Assembly (NCBI GenBank): GCA_030390025.1
Contig: CM059450.1
Coordinates: 16,678,001 to 16,742,000, forward strand
Reading direction: 5' to 3'
Source of the DNA: Squalus acanthias
Lineage: Eukaryota
DNA length: 64,000 nt
In this document: piece after piece, positions 61,723-64,000 of the stretch
Layout of the letters: the number at the start of each line of letters is the position of its first letter
How positions within the stretch are numbered: position 1 is the first letter of the stretch
Position numbers and translations under genes: made by a program
Notes under the pieces: generated by a model
What the model saw: the letters and a program-made list of their open reading frames with translations, nothing else
What the model was told of the DNA's origin: nothing
The model's database searches: none

Positions 61723-62227
61723 GTAAGTGTCTTATCTCCTTTAGTTTACTGAACTGACACTTAAATACCAGACTATGTGGTTCAGCGGGGTTAGACAACT
61801 CTACATTGACTCTGGTGAACTGGGTGTGCAGTCTGCCCAGACTGAGGGGTGGATAGTTTCCATTCTGCTCATTGTAAAGACCTTTAGGCAAACTATTATC
61901 AAACAGTATCAACCCAGTTCGATTGTATACAAGTAGGAAGTGCAAATGCTCTTTAAATTCAGCACCTATTAGTAATCCGAGAGGTCACCGGGTGGTGGAC
62001 GTAAGAAGTGAAAATGGTGTGGTAGAGGGTGTGTTCTGAGGTTGATTTATGGCAAATGTGTGGGCTAGAGAAGAGGGAGAATTACTGTGCACCTAATCCA
62101 CACTCAGTATAACCTGGGAGATGATGCTGACATTGGAGACTAAATGTGGAGCAGTGTCCCATTTCTTAAACATTCCTCACATTAGTGTGTAAAAGCGTCC
62201 ACTTTTACCCCTCACCTCACCATTACC

Positions 62228-62794
62228 TTGAGGTACCACCGACGCTGCCTCCGCAAGATCCTGCAAATCCATTGGCAGGATAGGCGCACCAACGTCGGTG
62301 TTCTCGCTCAGGCCAGCATCGAAGCTTTGACCACGCTCGATCAGCTCCGATGGACGGGCCACATCGTCTGCATGCCCGATACGAGACTCCCAAAACAAGC
62401 GCTCTACTCGGAGCTCCGACACGGCAAGAGAGCCCCAGGTGGGCAGAGGAAGCGCTTCAAACACACCCTCAAAGCCTCCTTGGAAAAAGTGCAACATCCC
62501 CACCGACACCTGGGAATCCCTGGCCCAAGACCGCACAAAGTGGAGGAGAAGCATCCGGGAAGGCGCCGAACACCTCGAGTCTCTTCGCCGGGAGCAAGCG
62601 GAAGCCAAGCGCAAACAGCGGAAGGAGCGCACGTCAACCCAAGCACCCCACCCACCCGCCCCTTCAACCACCGTCTGCCCCACCTGTGACAGAGACTGCA
62701 GGTCCCGCATTGGACTCATCAGTCACCTGAAAACTCATTTTTAATGTGGAAGCAAGTCATCCTCGGTTCCGAGGGACTGCCTAAGAAGAAGAAG
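62228..62794 (+). mobile_element. RTE-clade LINE 3' end
   Basis: CLRKIL.I.WQD...QLRWTGH...RLPKQALYSEL..GKRAPGGQRKRFK, a C-terminal C2H2 (CPTC...HLKTH) and a (GAA)n tail. Confidence 0.88.
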
Positions 62795-63396
62795 ACCATG
62801 CAGAGGAGTCTCTCCTTCAGGACCTCTTTTTAAAGTGTTCTGCTATTCGGGATCCTGTTTCTTTTTTCCCGGTTTGGACAAGGTTCCACAGGTGCTGGCT
62901 TGCCTCTCATTCCTGCCCCAAGTGTCCATTCATAACATGCAAGCTATTCTTTCATCTGGAAATCGCAGCCCAGTGTGATTCTGTCCTCAACTGATGTTCT
63001 TGCGTGCACTGCCCAGCAGAGGTCACTAGATAGCAGTCAGAGGCAAGAAGGCTGGCTGGCCGCCCCTCTCCCTTGCAAAGGAGCACTGAGGCTGGTTCTA
63101 GTGCCTGAAATGCTGTATTAGCATGCAACCTCCTTTCTCCTCTGGTTCACAACAACACGTCTCGAGTAACCATGAGACTCTAGTGGAGTATACGGAACAG
63201 ACTTTATTGATCCACAGTAAAGGTGATCGGTCTTTAACTGTATACAGCGAGTAACTTTTTCGGTTTGTGTATCTTTTGAGTACACTCTGAGATACTGTTG
63301 AAAACTGTGATCCTTTATACACCATATTTTGACTGCATCAAAGGAAAATGTCATAGATAAGACTGTATGACGTATCTATTCCCAAACCCTTTGCAG

Positions 63397-63423
63397 ACAG
63401 ACTATTCATGTAAACCGTTGTAG
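63397..63423 (+). CDS. possible terminal cytoplasmic exon of the B7-like gene (DRLFM* or DYSCKPL*)
   Basis: ttcccaaaccctttgcag|acag| offers two nearby acceptors, each giving a short phase-1 tail; not distinguishable from chance without RNA data. Confidence 0.25.
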   Translation, partial: TDYSCKPL

Positions 63424-64000
63424 TTTGTTTACTTCAGAATGACTTCCCTTAAACAAGACCTCCTCAAATGGATTTGCTACCCCCATTTTATTACCCTAAC
63501 ACTAAGCTACGATTTATTACCTATACTTATTTCCTTACACAAGCACTTTACATATCAGAAGACAAGCAAAGCAATCCTTTTACAACACTTCTGGAAAGCC
63601 TGTTGCTTTAAGATACAAAGAAGTTCGACTGTTAACCCTTAACTCCACAAGATGTCCAACATACATCTTTCTAGGATGCCCAGCAAAGAGATGAACCACC
63701 ACCTTAAGCTCTTGTTAATTTGGATGGTTCAATTTCAAATGACAGTGCATTCATCTCTGTATATTTCCTCTTGTGGGGTGTCCAAAATTAGGGGGCCATA
63801 AATATAAGATAGTCACTAATAAATCCAATAGGGAATTCAGGAGAAACTTCTTTACCCAGAGAGTGGTGAGGATGTGGAACTCGCTACCACAGGGAGTGGT
63901 TGAGGCGAATAGCATAGATGCATTTAAGGGGGAAGCTAGATAAGCACATGAGAAAGTATTAGAAGGATATGTTGTCAGCTGTTACTCAGTATGGGCAATA

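Overview
Vertebrate genomic DNA, almost certainly from a shark or other elasmobranch, judging by the repeat landscape of CR1/L2 LINEs, Deu-domain SINEs, Penelope, Tx1 and RTE elements. Two spliced genes lie head-to-head. (1) A complete 8-exon wbp2nl (WBP2 family, 296 aa) is on the - strand (CDS 31151 to 1667), with a CpG-island promoter. (2) A B7-family co-signalling ligand is on the + strand from 47135 to at least 61722. It has a split leader, IgV, IgC and TM exons and is ICOSLG/CD86-like. It is preceded by STAT/ETS/IRF/NF-kB/CCAAT-like motifs and has candidate routes to secreted isoforms. Most of the rest is layered, often nested transposon debris: a degenerate full-length Gypsy element with very short LTRs, an internally deleted Harbinger/PHIS transposon with related MITEs, nested hAT MITEs, and Penelope ends carrying minimal hammerhead-ribozyme motifs. 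All exon calls were made by reading splice sites and phases by hand. Family names come from recalled motifs, not database searches, and repeat boundaries are approximate.
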